A stretch of 64,000 nucleotides of DNA from Octopus vulgaris (lineage: Eukaryota): assembly GCA_951406725.2 (NCBI GenBank), contig OX597835.1, positions 23,436,001-23,500,000 on the forward strand, read 5' to 3'. The notes below the pieces were generated by a model, which saw only the letters and a program-made list of their open reading frames with translations, did no database searches and was not told the origin of the DNA. Within the stretch, counting starts at the first letter, position 1; each line of letters begins with the position of its first letter. The translations under genes and the position numbers were made by a program. Shown piece by piece: positions 25,697 to 41,186 of the stretch.

Positions 25697-28600
25697 GTAA
25701 GTTTGTTTTGAGCATTTTTTTTTAATGTTAAAGAAATGTTTGACAACTTTCTTCCGCTTCTCGTCCTAATTTTTAAAGTTGATTTGAAACTTTTCAAGTA
25801 TTTTGCTTTCAGCTTTCTCTTTCCTTATAATTTTACTTATATTGTTCGTTCAATTTATATTTTTCGGTGTTTGTTAAGCTTGCTTCCCAACCACATTCTC
25901 TATGTTCAGTCCCACTATGTGATATCTTAGGCATGTGTCTGCTACTATAGCCTTGGGCCGATCAAAGACTTTTGTGAGTGGATTTCGTAGACAGAATTTA
26001 GAGTCTCGAAAGCATAAGTCTGCAAAACTTCATTTAAAGCAATTAGGGCATTCCTTCGATATAACTCGACAAAATCAAAACATTTCACTTCGGCTATTTC
26101 CGTGGGTTGTGGAATATAGATATAACGAAATTATGCCGGCAATGTCTCGTTTTAAACTTGAAGAAAAATAAATGCCTTGCATATTTGTTATTACCTGTTT
26201 CACGTGTGTATGTAAAATCCGCAAATTTCCAAGCAGAAAACAGAATCGAACTGTCGTTTGCTTCCACGGAAATACCCGAAGTGAAATGTTTTGATTTTGT
26301 CGAGTTATATCGAAAGAATGCCTTTTTTTGTAACCCTGGTACTTGTTCTGTCAGTCTCTCTTTTGCCGAACTGCTAAGTTATGAAGATGTAAACACACCA
26401 GCACCGGTTGTCAAGCGGCGTGGGTGGAGTACAGATAAAAACACGCACATACACACACACACACACACACGATAGGCTTCTTTCAGTTTCTATCTACTGA
26501 ATCCACTCACAAGGCCTGAAATAATAGCAGACAATTGACCAAGGTGCCACGCAGTGGGACTGAACCTGGAACCATGTAGTTTGGAAGCAAGCTTTTTATC
26601 CCCCAGCCATTCCTACACATATTTATTTCTCTATTTTGCTTCTTTGCAGCCCAGAAAAGTTATTTTTCTCTCAGAGAGTTTTCTTTCACCCTAAAAGATG
26701 ATGTTTACATTCGGTATCAATCGTTTAATGACCAAAAGGAACTTGAAACAGAAATCTGCAGCATTTGCCCATATAAAATCGATGTTGGTGCTGTGTTTTC
26801 ACATAAGGTGATACTTGCTTATTTATTTTTATAAATTATTATTTTTATTCTTTTATTTTATTTTTTTACTTGTTTCAGTCATTTGACGGCAGCCATGCTA
26901 GAGCACTGCCTTGAGTCGAAGAAATCAACCTTATTCTTTGTAAGCCTAGTACTTATTCTATCGCTCACTTTTGCCGAACTGCTAAGTTATGGGGACGTAA
27001 ACACACCAACATCGGTTGTCAAGCCTTGGGGTGGGGGACAAACACAGATATGCAAATACATATATATTTCTTTATTGCCCACTAGGGGCTAAACATAGAG
27101 GGGACAAACAAGGACAGACAAACGGATTAAGTCGATTACATCGACCCCAGTGCGAAACTTGTACTTTATTTATCGACCCCGAAAGGATGAAAGGCAAAGT
27201 CGACCTCAGCGGAATTTGAACTCAGAACATAACGGCAGACGAAATACTGCTAAGCATTTCGTCCGGCGCGCTAACGTTTCTGCCAGCTCGCCGCCTTTAC
27301 TCAAATACATATATATATACATATATATACACACACATGCACAACGGGCTTCTTTCAGTTTCTGTCTACCAGATCCACTCACAAGGCTTTGGTCGGCCCG
27401 AGGCTATAGCAGAAGACACTTGCCCAAGATGCCACACAATGGGACTAAACCCAGAACCATATGATTAGAAAGCAAACTTCTTACCACACAGCCACTCCTC
27501 TTAATTATTTAATTCTTTCATTGTCTTTTTTTGGGTTTTTTTTTTCGTCCCTTCATTTAATATTATATCTCATACCCTGTAGCACCACATCTTTGAGAAT
27601 GAGGAACCTGATTGAGTTCATTCCATTTTGTTTGTGTTTCTACAACTCAGCAACAAAACCCTGCATCAGGGGTTCTGAACCATTTTTTATCCATGGACCC
27701 CTTTTTACTACTATCTTATTCTGGTGGACCCCATAATCATCATCATCGTTTAACGTCTGCTTTCCATGCTAGCATGGGTTGGATGATTTGACTGAGGACT
27801 GGCGAACCAGATGGCTGCACCAGGCTTCAATCTGATCTGGCAAAGTTTCTACAGCTGGAAGCCCTTCCTAACGCCAACTGCTCTGAGAGTGTAGTGGGTG
27901 CTTTTTATGTGCCATCGGCACGGGGGCCATTCAGACGGTACTGGTAATGGCCACGCTCAAGTGGTGTTTTTATGTGCCTTCAATATTTGAAATCTAGTTT
28001 TATAGAAGCTTCTTTCAAAAATTCGTATTATGTTTTTCACACATTTTCTTGTGTAGTTTGAACTATGTAAAATGTCAGAGAAAGAAGTGTAGCTATTTCT
28101 TGCAATGCATACCAATAAGGCAAAATATTTTTAGGGGCCCTTAACCCTTTAGCATCCAGATTACTCTGTTGAATGTAATACTTATTTATTGACATTGTTT
28201 TGTATTAATCATGCATTATGTTGTAGCTCTGAAATTTCAATGATGTGATTGTTTTAGACTGACTTTGTAGGCTAAGTGTAACAGGCCTGATCCAGCCAGT
28301 TTAACCATAAAGCAGATAGAGTATTTGAGTAGAATCATGAGTCCAACACCTTAACCACTAAGCCATGCACCTCCACTGAGAGTGATATTATAATTTATTA
28401 ATTGAACACTTGGGACACAAAACCCTTTCCTTCTTGGGACACAAAACTCTACTTTCAAAGACCTGTTGAGGCAAGTGAAAATCAAGATCAAAATCGATCA
28501 ACATCAATGGAAATTGTAGCTGTGATACCAGTGCAGGTGGCACGTAAGAGAACCATCCGAATGTGGTCCTTGCCTGCGCCACCCCAACTGGCCTCGTAAA

Positions 28601-31600
28601 AAGCACCATCCGATCGTGGCCATTGCCAGCCCCGTCTGGCACCTGTGCTGGTGGCACGTAAAAAGCACCCACTACACTCATGGAGTGGTTGGCGTTAGGA
28701 AGGGCATCCAGCTGTAGAAATAGTGCCAGATCAGACTGGGCCTGGTGCAGCCTTCTGGCTTCCCAGACCCCAGTTGAACCGTCCAACCCATGCTAGCATG
28801 GAAAACGGATGCTAAACGATGATGATGATGATGTACACAACATAGATATTTTTCCCTCTTGTACACATAAGGAAAAATAGGCTCACACACAAAAACAGAG
28901 AGAGAAAATGAGAGAAGAATTAAAAGGTTTTATGTCAGTTAAGTCAGCGTCAAATCAGCAATGCCAAATGGGTGGTGCCAAAACGGCTGTGCCAAAACGG
29001 CTGTGCCAAAACTTCTCGTAACTTCTAGTCAGCTGTCTGAGCACATGAACATATTTTATAGGTGATCTTACCTTACTACTAACTACTCCTATATAATTAT
29101 TACATATGAAAATTTCTTTCTGCATCAAGTTGTTTTCACCCTGAAGAAACTATAACTACAATTTGTCTCTTGCAGCCCAAAATGTACAAAACCATCAAAG
29201 CAAACAGTTTTGTGGCAGAAGAGAAAGAATTGGTCTTTGATATTGATATGACAGATTACGATGATGTCAGGAACTGCTGCTCGTAAGATCTTCCTCATTT
29301 TTGTTCTTCTTATTATTATATACATTTTTTTTGTCTTTGATTATTGGTTTCAGTCATTGGCCATGCTGGGGTACCACTTTCAAGGCTGTTAGTCAATTAT
29401 TGATTCCAGTATTTATTCAAGCCTTGTGCTTATTGTCTGTTTCATTTTGACCGAATTTCCCTTCTTTTTTTTTTCCGCCGTAGTAGTTTTGATATAAAGG
29501 AAGGGAAGTAACTCGACACACCTGTAAAATACAGGAACACGTGGACATGATATATATATATATACACACACTTATATTGAACAAGATGCCATAGATCGGG
29601 ATTTTACTTGGATCCATGTACTTGAAAAATGAATTCTTAAAATAATAATAATAATGAAATTATTGTATATAGTGCTCAGGTGCACCACAACTTGTCAGAA
29701 AGTGCATATAAAGTACATGCAGTAATGTACAAATGTCTGGAAAGTGAACAGTGTATGAGTCAGATACATGCTTGCGTGTATTGGAGGGGAGAAAATCAGG
29801 TGTAGTGTTGGCGTATCTCAGGAAGCATGGAAGTTTTGAAGGATGCAGTGCTCCGACAACTAACAACTGATGCCGGCAGTTTGTTCCATGCTTCAGCAAC
29901 TCTCGGCGTGAAAAAATGTTTCCGAAAGTCATGGGAGCTGTGCTGTTTTCTGACTTTGTAAATATGTCCACGGGTGGAGTTTGAAAAGGTGCTCAGAATT
30001 ATTGTTTAATACAGTACTCCTTGGCAGAATAATTATTGCCAGCTCTTTACATTCTGAGTTCAAATCCTGCCACAGTCAGAAACTACTCTCAATCTTTTAT
30101 GTCTTTTACCTAAACTAAAAACTAACAGAATTGTTTGCATGTCAGACAAAATACTTTGCAGCATTTCTTCCAGCTCTTTACATTCTGAGCTCAAATTCCA
30201 CCCATGTCGACTTTACCATTCATCCTCTCAAGGTCGATAAAATAAGTACCAGTTAAGTACCGGAGTCAATATCCCCTTAAATTTGCCAGCCTTCTACCAA
30301 AGTTTGAGACTATTATCATTTAAGGATGGTGGTTGACCGAAGTTTTCTAGCATACCTTATGGTATTTATTCTGTTCTGACATCAAAACATGTTGAGGTCA
30401 ACTTCTACAAAATTCACTTAACAAGACTTTGGTTGACCTGGGACTTTAGTAGAAGACATACCTAGGGTACCTAGAATAAAGACCAGGCTTTAAAATAAAT
30501 AGCCATGGTAAAGGGTCTGGTTAACAGTTTGGAAAATCATTATGTTAATTTTAAAAAAAAAAATTTTTTATTTGTGTTAATGTTTCAGCGGTGCCCAGAT
30601 TTGTAAGAAATGTTGGCCCCTAATGATTATAGCAATCAAAATCCTGGACAGAGCATTAAGAGGTAAGTGTCTGGTTGTTTTTGTAACTCTTAAGGTTTGT
30701 GGATTTGAAACAAAACTGTACATTGTGATGCTGAATGGTAAGCAAAGGATGGCTATGTGTGGGGAGGACGTGTGGAGACTGAAGGAAACGGGGCAAGCAT
30801 CCTCTGTTGGAGTGGAGACACATGGCTTAGTGGTTAGAGTGCTAGGCTCAGGATCATGACATTGTGGTTTCAATTTCTGGGCTGAGCAGTGCATTGTGTT
30901 CTAGAGCAAATTACTTAATTTTATGTTGCTCCAGTCCACTTAGCTAGCAAAAATTGAATAATCCCATGCTGGACTGGCATCCGATCCAGATGGAAAACAT
31001 GTACCAAGGGAAACAGGAAACTGGCTTTGGTCCTCAAACATAAACTTAATTTATTTTTTTCAGTGATCTTAAATTAAAACCTTCCATTACAATTTCATGT
31101 TAATTTATCCTCCAAACACCAGCTTAATAATGGCAAAGTTCATGCTTTTCAAAATTACCCTTTTTCTACCCAAAGCATTTTCATAAGTTTGTCCTAAATA
31201 TCCATGCTTGTTTTCAGACTTTTAGTTCTCCCTTGTTTCATCCGTTCTGGGTTACATAAGGCTTTCCTTTTATGAGTCCCAAGTTATGCTAGTGGTTGAA
31301 AAAAATTAGGATGTATATGATATGGTGCATGGATGCCAGGAAAATGTGTTTTGTGTGTTACATGTGATAGACAAGACAGGCAAAGGGTCAATTGAAAGAA
31401 AGGCAGTTATTTCAATAGAATTTGGTTACAAAAGGTTCAAAGCCGGGAAATACTTGAACCCTGATCAGTCCCTCTAGAAATTTGAAGTAAAACACCTCAA
31501 TGAAGAGCAGCTCTTGTGTATAACACAAAGCTGCTGTTACATAAACAAATCTAGATAGGTCACCCAAAAGGTCATTTGATTAATTAGCAAAATGTTCCTT

Positions 31601-34600
31601 ACCCTCGGGTTACAACTGATAGCTTACATGAGAATGTATCCATACTTTCCTGCCTCTTCTATCTCTACTCTGACTGTTTCATCTCAGACATTCTTATATT
31701 TAATTGAAAAATAACTTGTTTCATTCTTTAAATTATGCATTTGTCTTTTCTCAGATGATTTTGGTTTTGACCATTTGCTGTGGATCTATTCTGGGCGCCG
31801 AGGCGTTCACTGTTGGGTGTGCGACAGTACAGCACGCAAACTCACCCCAAATGGCAGAGCTGCTATTGCAGAATATCTAAGTGTTGTCAAGGTTTGTAAA
31901 TGTTATTTTGAAACTGCTGCTGTTGATTGGGACCCTGGGACCCCAAGTCATAAACCTAGTCCAGCAGCCTTTATTAATTAACCCTTTAGCATTCAGATTA
32001 GTTTGTCAAATGTAAAGGGTAAAAGACCCCTTTGGTCATGAATGACCATGGGATTGCACCTACAAAATTACCCTCTGAGGCACAAGTCCGCGCAAGGTTG
32101 TTTATGGGTGACCAGCAGTTGCCCATGCATACCAGCCTCCCCTCTCTATGCCACCAATATTGCCCAAGAGAAAAGCAAAGGCTTGGGACCAGTGAAATCG
32201 CAACTCATTTCTATAGCTGAACGAACTGGACCAACTTAAAATAAAGTATCTTGCTTGAGAATACAACACACAGCGCATCTGGGAATTGAACTCACTATCT
32301 CATGATTGTGAGCCTGACACTCTAACCACTGGGCCATGTGCCTTCACTAATGAAATGCTTATTTATTTACATTGTTTGGAATTAGTCATGCATTATCTTG
32401 TAGCTTTGAGATTTTGATTATGGGATTGTTTGCTTTTAGTATGACATTGTACTGTAGGTGTAAGAGGCCAGATTAAATGCTAAAGGGCTGAAAGCATTCT
32501 AAGCTTAAACCTTCGTTTCTGTCTGGCTGTCTGTTTTTTTTCTTTTTTTGCAATGAAGACATTGTCGTTGTCCAACCCATGCCATGCTGGCATGGGTCGA
32601 CAGTTTAACTGAGGGCTGGCAAGCCAGAAGGCTGTACCAGGCTCCAATCCAATCTGGCAAAGTTTCTACAGCTGGATGCCCTTCCTAATGCCAACCACTC
32701 CAAGAGTGTAGTGGGTGCTTTTTACGTGTCACCAGCATGAGAGCCAGTCAGGTGGTACTGGCATTGACCACACTTGAATGGTGCTTTTTATGTGCCATCT
32801 AATCTGGCAAAGTTTCTTCCTAATGCCAACCACTCCAGGAGTGTAGTGGGTGCTTTTTACATGCCACCAGCATGAGGGCCAGTCAGGTGGCACCGGCATC
32901 AACCATGCTCGAATGGTGCTTTTTGTGTGCCACTGGCACAGATGCCAGTCAAGTGGTACTGTCATCAGTCACGACAACGATTTCACTTGCCTCAATAGGT
33001 CTTCGCAAGTGCAGTTTATTGTCCAATGATTGAAGGGTACTCTTAAATGGGCTGGTTAAGCTGCACTGGCATAGGCCATGGTTACTTTATTTAGAATTAC
33101 ATTACTTAATACCACTGTCATTTTTTAAGGCAGTGGGGTGTGATTCGGCTGCTATATCTAGCAGTGACTACGTAACAGCTGCCTGTCTGATCAAATTTTC
33201 TATTATGCTACAGGATGGAAAAGGTGAAATTGAGAATCAGAATGATGCATGCAGAGTTTTTCTTTTTCTGGTTTACGATTGACTAAGTTGTGAGGACATG
33301 TAGTGTAGGGGTTAGTGATCATAAGATTGTGGTTTCAATTCCTAGCCCAGGCAATGCATTAAGAAACTTGTTCCCCAACCACATGGTTCAAGATTCAGTC
33401 CCACTGGGTGACACCTTAGCCAAGTGTCTTCTTGTCAACCCTTAGGTAAAGAAAGGACATTTGGCCATCAAAAATTTGTCTCGGTGAAGTCCATCCGACC
33501 CATGCAAACATGGAAAAGCAGCATTAACACGAGGATGATGAACTGCAACTCTTAGAAAAAATAAACTTGAGTAATAGATGCCAGCATGGCTGTGTGGTAA
33601 GAAGCTTGCTTTCCAACCACATGGTTCCGGGTTCGGTCCCACTGCATGGAGCCTTGGGCAAGTGTCTTCTAGTATACCCTCAGGTTAACCAAAGCCTTGT
33701 GAGTGGATTTGGTAGACAGGAGCTGAAGGAAGCCTGTTGTGCGCATAGATGTGTGTGTCTATGTTTGTCCAATTACCACTGCTTGACAACTAGTGTTGGT
33801 ATGCTTATGTCCCCAAAAGGAGACCGATAGAATGGGTACAATGCTTTAAAAAATGATTTGATCAACTACAAAGTCTTCAGTTTGTGGCCCCAGCATGGCC
33901 ACAATCGAATGACTGAAAAAATAAAAAATAACAAATACAAAAATGAATTCCTTAAAAGAAAAAAAGTACAAACAAAATATTAATTACATTGAATTCTAAT
34001 TTCAGATATTTTATTTTTCCTTCAGTTTTGACTGTTTAACATTTCAATCATTAGAATATAATAAAAAATTACATATTCGATTTAACTGCTAAACTCCTGG
34101 TGGATGCCTATTAATTCAAAGTTTTGTTCAGATTTATGGCATACGTTAACTCTTTTAACTGCATCATTAAATTTCATGGTTATTCCTGCGATGATGTTAA
34201 TGATCCACCACAAGACAGAATTGATATTTTCTGCTTCTGAAGTACTTTTTCAATACGATTTTTATATCCACCACTAATTTATTTGATTCTTGCTCTGTAA
34301 AGAGATATTTGATGACGAATGTGAAAAAAATTAAGAAAATCCGAAATGGTTTTTTTTTTTCTTTCCAAATCTTGTGTAAAAACCATTTGCCGCAGTTAAT
34401 AGCCATAAAATTTTGAGCGGGTATATCCACTCCGTGTTCAAACAATTAATGTCCCAAGACCAGGGGAGATAATTACTCTACAGGTTATGTGATTATCAAT
34501 TTTCATCATGAAGGCTGAAGTAGTTCATCAGTCTAGTGAATTAGCTCCCCTTTAGTGTTAACTGTCTGAAATATAACCTCTGTCTTTGGAAGGCGGCGAG

Positions 34601-37600
34601 TTGGCAGATAAGTTAGCACGCCGGGCGAAATGCGTAGCCGTATTTCGTCTGCCGTTACGTTCTGAGTTCAAATTCCGCTGAGGTCGACTTTGCCTTTCAT
34701 CCTTTCGGGGTCGATAAATTAAGTACCAGTAACACACTGTCCTTGTTTGCCCCCTTGTAGGTAGTAAAGAAATATATAACCTCTGTCTTTGGAGGCGATG
34801 TTAATGAAATAGAAGAAACCCAATATGGAAGGGCTGTTAGTTATGTATATGGAAAATGTTGAAAATAATCTGCAGCATCTTGTAATAGTATTACAGTCAA
34901 GACTAGTTGTTTTATATCTTCCTTTGATTGTGGCCTTATTGCTGAACTAACGTGTGTGTGTATATTATACATGTGTGCATAATACAAACACACATATGTA
35001 TGTATATCTTTTGATGTGGTATACATGCAAGGTATTCATTCAATGTAGATACAGTGTGGTTCAATAAAGATGGATGAATAAAACATGTCCTTGGATTAAC
35101 TGTGTATATCATCATCATCATCGTTTAACGTCCGTTCTCCATGCTAGCATGGGTTGGATGGTTCAACCGGGGATCTGGGAAGCCAGAAGGCTGCACCAGG
35201 CTCCAGTCTGATCTGGCAATGTTTCTACAGCTGGATGCCCTTCCTAACGCCAACCACTCCGAGAGTGTAGTGGGTGCTTTTTACGTGCCACGTGTATATG
35301 TGCAATATTTACCATGTAAGAATTTTTATGCAATACATTAAAAAATTCAAGTGTGAAAAGGCAAAGTAGATGTATTTTTTAGTGATTGATTTTTAAGTAC
35401 AAGAAGGTGAGGGAGTCAACTTAAATTTGAGATGGCATTGTATTTGAGTGAGTGTGGTGTGTGTGTGTGTGTGTGTCTGCATGTATTTAAGAGAGGGTGC
35501 TGAAAAGTTCCTGGCTTTAAGGGTATTGCAAAAGGCCCAGTTGGAGATCCAACTTTCCGAGTTCTTTTGCAGGGTTCAGAAAAACTGAAGGGCCACTACA
35601 ATAAGTGTGTAGATCTGAGAGGGGAATATGTTGTATAAAATCATAATTAACTGATCCTCCTGTAATTTTCTGTTACTCAGAGCCAGGAAGTTTCCAGCAT
35701 CCCCTCGTGTGTGTGTGTGATAACATATAGATATATGTGCACGTGAACACCATGTGGTATTTTTCTTTCTTATTCTTATTCTTAGGGTGGTGAAAACAAT
35801 TTGAAGAAAGTAGTTTTGCAGGAGCCAATCCATCCATTCATTGAGTGAGTAAAAGTTCTGTCTTCTTTTATTGTTTGTTCAGTATAATAATTCCTATTGC
35901 TTGGACATGCAAATAGACAGACTGGTGCCAGAACCTATTGGAACCCAACACATCTGGAATAGTAGTATTGTTTGTCGGCTGGAAAACTGAATTCAATATC
36001 AACATATTTACCAAAAATTTACTGAAACTGAGATGACCAGGATTATTCAACAACAAACAATACAAAATGACAGCAGCATTTTCTATTTTTGCTGTTTGTA
36101 GGTACAGGTGTGGCTGTGTGGTTAAGAAGTTATTTCTTTATTGCCCACAAGGGGCTAAACATAGAGGGGACAAACAAGGACAGACAAAGGGGTTAAGTCG
36201 ATTACATTGACCCCAGTGAGTAACTGGTACTTAATTTATCGACCCCGAAAGGATGAAAGGTTAAGTCAACCTCGGCGGAATTTGAACACAGAACGTAACG
36301 GCAGACAAAATACGCTAAGCCTTTCGTCCGGCGCGCTAACATTTCTGCCAGCTCGTCGCCTGTGGTTAAGCAGTGGACTTCCTGACCTTGTAGTCTTAGG
36401 TTCAGTCCCACTCTGTGGAACCTTGAGCAAGTATCTTCTACTATAGCCCCAGGCTGACCAAAGTCTTGTGAGGAGATTTTGTTGACAGAAATGCAAGCAG
36501 GATGATCATGGTAGAATGCTTTTAATCATAGGTTTTCTGAACCAGGATTGATCTGGGGGTTAAATTGCAGCAGCTAGGTATTGAACCTGTGGCTGCCAAT
36601 TGACCCTGCTTCTGTAATGTAAACTTAATGTCTTAACCCTTTACCGCCTGAGTGGCACGTAAAAGCACCCACTACACTCTCTCGGAGTGGTTGGTATTGG
36701 GAAGGGCATCCAGCTGTGGAAACTCTGCCAGATCGGATTGGAGTCTGGTGCAGCCATCTGGCTCGCCAGACCTCAGTCAAATCGTCCAACCCATGCTAGC
36801 ATGGAAAGCGGACGTTAAACGATGATGATGATAAATAATCTGTCAAATGTAATGCTTATTTAGCCACACTGTTCTCAATTAATCCTGCATTATCTCATAG
36901 CTTTGAAATTTTCATGATATTCTGTTATTCGTTTATTTGTGCAGTCATTTGACTGTGGACATGCTGCAGAACTGCCTTTAGACGAGTAAATTGTCCCCAG
37001 GAATTATTCTTTGTAAGCCTAGTACTTAGTGTATCGGTCACTTTTGCTGAACCGCTAAGTTACAGGGACGTAAACACACCAGCATCGATTGTCAAGCAAT
37101 CTTGGAGGGACATATATACACACACACACACACATACAATGGGTTTCTTTCAGTTTCCATCTACCAAATCCACTCCCAAGGCTTTGGTTGGACTGAAGCT
37201 ATAGTAGAAGACACTTGCTCAAGGTGCCATGCAGTGGTTGGAAACCAAGCCTTTTACCACGCAGCCATGCCTGCACCTATATACATACAATGGGCTTCTT
37301 TCAGTTTCCATCTTCCACATTCACTCACAAGACTTTGGTCAGCCAAGGACTATTGTCAAAGACACTTGCTCAAGGCACTATACAGTGAGACTGAATCTGA
37401 ATGCCCTCATCACAGACATAATATAATCACAAAATGCTTAAGCAAACCAACAAAGGCATCGTTCCTTAATTTTAAGGAAAAAAAACTCTTTTTTTTTCTT
37501 TTTTTTTTCCTGTGTATTTTTTGGTCACAGAACCAAAATATGTTCACTCAGAAATTATCTTTCATCTATTTTGCATTTTGTTTCATTACAGGAGATCAGT

Positions 37601-40600
37601 TGAAATTATAGAAGAGTACTTTGAAGGTTATGCCCTTGTTGATCAGGATATTTTGCGCAGTGAAAACATTAACGAAATTATAAATTTGATTCCAGAAAAA
37701 AATATCCTTTTACTTCATCTTCATCATCATTCAATACAGTAGTTACCAAACTTTTTTCAAGCTGCCACCCTCTTGGCACCCAAGCCACATTCCTAGCACC
37801 CCTCTCACCCTCCCCATCACAAATATAGACCACTTTCTGGAGCAAATTTTATCTTTTACTTGTTTCAGTTATCTAACTGCGACCATGCTGGGGCACTATC
37901 TTGAAGAATTTTTAGTTGAATGAATCGTCACCAGTACTTTTTAAACCTGGTACTTATTCTATCAATCTCTTTTTGCTGAACCACCAAGTTACGGGACATA
38001 CACACCAACACCATTTGTCATGAGTAGGGTGCAGTGAAACAAATACACACACATGCGCAGATATATATATATATATACTCTTTTACTTGTTTCTGACATT
38101 TGACTGTGGCCATGCTGGAGAACTGCCTTTAGTCAAGCAAATCGACCCCAGGACTTACCCTTTGTAAGCCTATTACTTATTCTATCAGTCTCTTTTGCTG
38201 AACTGCTAAGTTACGGGGACGTAAACACACCAGCATCGGTTGTCAAGCGATGTTGGCCGGGATAAACACAGACACACAAACATACACACACACATATATA
38301 TATATATACGACAGGCTTCTTTCAGTTTCTCTTTACCAAATCTGCTCACAAGGCTTAAGTTAGCCCAGAGCTCTAGTAGAAGACATTTGCCCAAGGTGCC
38401 ATGCAGAGGGACTGAACCTGGAACCATGTGGTTGGAAAGTAAGTGTTTTTTCCCACACAGCCATGGCCTGCACCTTATTGCTTCCTTTTTTTTTTTCACC
38501 CCTTCATGCTACTGAGATGGTCTCAGAAAAAGAATGAACTCCTTCTCATCCTGTTGATCTATGATTGAGGTATGGGTGACTGGGAAGCAAGCTTCTTCAC
38601 CACTCAGTCACTCCCTGCACTCACCCACCCCTTTTGTTTTGTTACTGTTTCTGCACCTCTTTGACTTATCTACATTAATTCTCTTTAATGAGACACATAG
38701 AAATGATAATCTCCAGAAAGTCCTGTTGTCTGCAAACAATTCCATATCCAGGTGGAATATCTTGACAAAAGAACTAGAAAGGCCGGTAAGTAGCAGTACC
38801 ATTTCTTACCATTTCTTTCTCATCATCTGTTCATGTCCACTTTCTATGCCGGTATGTGTTTGATGGGTTGAAAACCTACATCTCATATTTGGTTTGGTTT
38901 CTACAGCTGGAGGCTCTTCCTAACACCAACCACTTTACAGAGTGTATTGGGTGCATTTTATCGTGACTCCAGCACCAGAGTATGCTATGTCTTTGATGTG
39001 ACTAAAGAGTCATCATTTCTCTTTAGTCTTCTCTCTAAGTCACTTTAATATTTGTTGGGATTGAATATAACAAACAATTTGGTAAAATAACTTAGTTATC
39101 ATTAAGCTAGTATTAGGAACATAAATAGTGACTAAAGTTTAGTGGAAGATTTTAATTCAAAACTTATGAAAACAAGACATTTGTACTACAGAGGCAGTTT
39201 CAGTCTGGTTGGTATCAAAAGGGTTAAGTGTGTGTGTATATATATTTATATGTGTTACGGAGATGTACTTGCATAGCAAGTGATTTGATCTGAGATTGTG
39301 TCCTGAAACGAAAACAATTGCAGCATGGAAGGTGTTTGTAAGCCATTTAAGAAACACACAAAAGCCGTTCGATTCACTTCAACATTTAAGTTTAATTTGT
39401 CAAAATATTTTCATCGCTTTAAGACCGCAACCTGTTCACTGACAAAAAATCCGTGGCGTTATTTATATGTGGGTGTATATATATATATGTTTATATCGTT
39501 TTGGGGGTCAATAAAACTAGTACCAGTTGAACACTGGGATTGATGTAATTGACTTGCTTCTCCCCGAAGTTAGTGGCCTTGTGCCAAAATTTGAAACCAG
39601 TATTTGTTAGGATTCTCCCCCTCCTTAGTTAACAAAGATTGGACACATCTGCTGTGTGGACTTCACTAATTTTCTCTGTCTGTTACAACACAATTCAAAC
39701 TCTGACCAACAGACATGCTGTCTCACATTCACTCAAGCATTCTCCACTTGCTTGTCTCTCTCTCTAAGGGGTGGGCTAATCACCTGGCCCCCTTCCCCCA
39801 CATTTCCAGCCTTGTGCCTATAATAGAAAGGTTTATTATTATTAGTATTATAATAATAATGAAATTATTGTATACAGTGCTCAGGTGCACCACAACTTGT
39901 CAGAAAGTGCGTATAAAGTATCTGCATTAATGTACAAATGTCTGGAAAGCGAACAATGTATGAGTTAGATACATGCTTGCGTGTGTATGGAGGGGAGAAA
40001 ATCAGGTGTAGTGTTGGCGAATCTCAGGAAGCATGGAAATTTTGAAGGATGCAGTGCTCCAACAACTAACAACTGATGCCAGCAGTCTGTTCCATGCTTC
40101 AGCAACTCTCAGCGTGAAAAAATGTTTCCGAAAGTCATGGGAGCTGTGCTGTTTTCTGACTTTGTAAATATGTCCACGGGTGTTAGACGGGTGGAGTTTG
40201 AAAAGGTGCTCAGAGTTATTGTTTGTAAGATGGTTGATAATTTTATGGGTGTCTGCTAAGTCAGCTGCCAGACGTCAGAGTTTCAGCACCTACACAATGG
40301 GCTTCATTTAGTTTCCATCCAAACTAACAAGGCATTTGTCAGCCCAGGGTAATACAAGAAAGTGTTGCTTAGTGAAACTGTACCTAAAACAGCATGTTTG
40401 TGAAACAAACTCCTTAATCACTGATATCCAAATGCGTGCGTGTGTGTGTGTTTTTTTTTCATATTAGATTTGTGTTCTTTCAGGGTGTCCATGCTGGTCG
40501 GGTGTTGAAGGAGATTATGCTGCAATATTGTTATCCCCGTCTTGATGTCAACGTCAGTAAAGGTTTGAACCATTTGCTAAAGTCACCGTTCAGTGTCCAC

Positions 40601-41149
40601 CCAAAGACAGGTATGTTTGTTCTGTATATGAATTGCAAGGGAGAAACAGAAAATTCCTCACTTAGATAATCTCTTTGTTTATCGGAACCAGGAAATAATT
40701 CTTGTCTCTCCAAGACAAGGTAACTTTAGAAAACATAATCATTATAATGGTCTGGTCTATCAAGTATCATCATCATCTGTTTCATATTTTTCTTATTACT
40801 AGTGTATGTATATATATACAGGGTGGCCCAAAAGCAGGTTTACAGTTATCATGTAGGCACTTTAAATGTCTTTTAAAACATTTTATTACATTTAAATTTC
40901 TATCTTACAAACTGAAAAGGGAGCTTGACAAAATTAAACTAAATTAGCACAGAATAATGGTTTCGTATTTTTTTAATAATTAAGATAGGCGCAGGAGTGG
41001 CTGTGTGGTAAGTAGCTTGCTTACCAACCACATGGTTCCGGGTTCAGTCTCACTGCGTGGCATCTTGGGCAAGTGTCTTCTGCTATAGCCCCGGGCCGAC
41101 CAATGCCTTGTGAGTGGATTTGGTAGACAGAAACTGAAAGAAGCCTGTC

Positions 41150-41186
<37 letters not shown>

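Noticed and set aside
39250-39460. Additional hammerhead-like motif in a (TA)-flanked repeat
   Set aside because: The CUGANGA core is not present on either strand; insufficient support.
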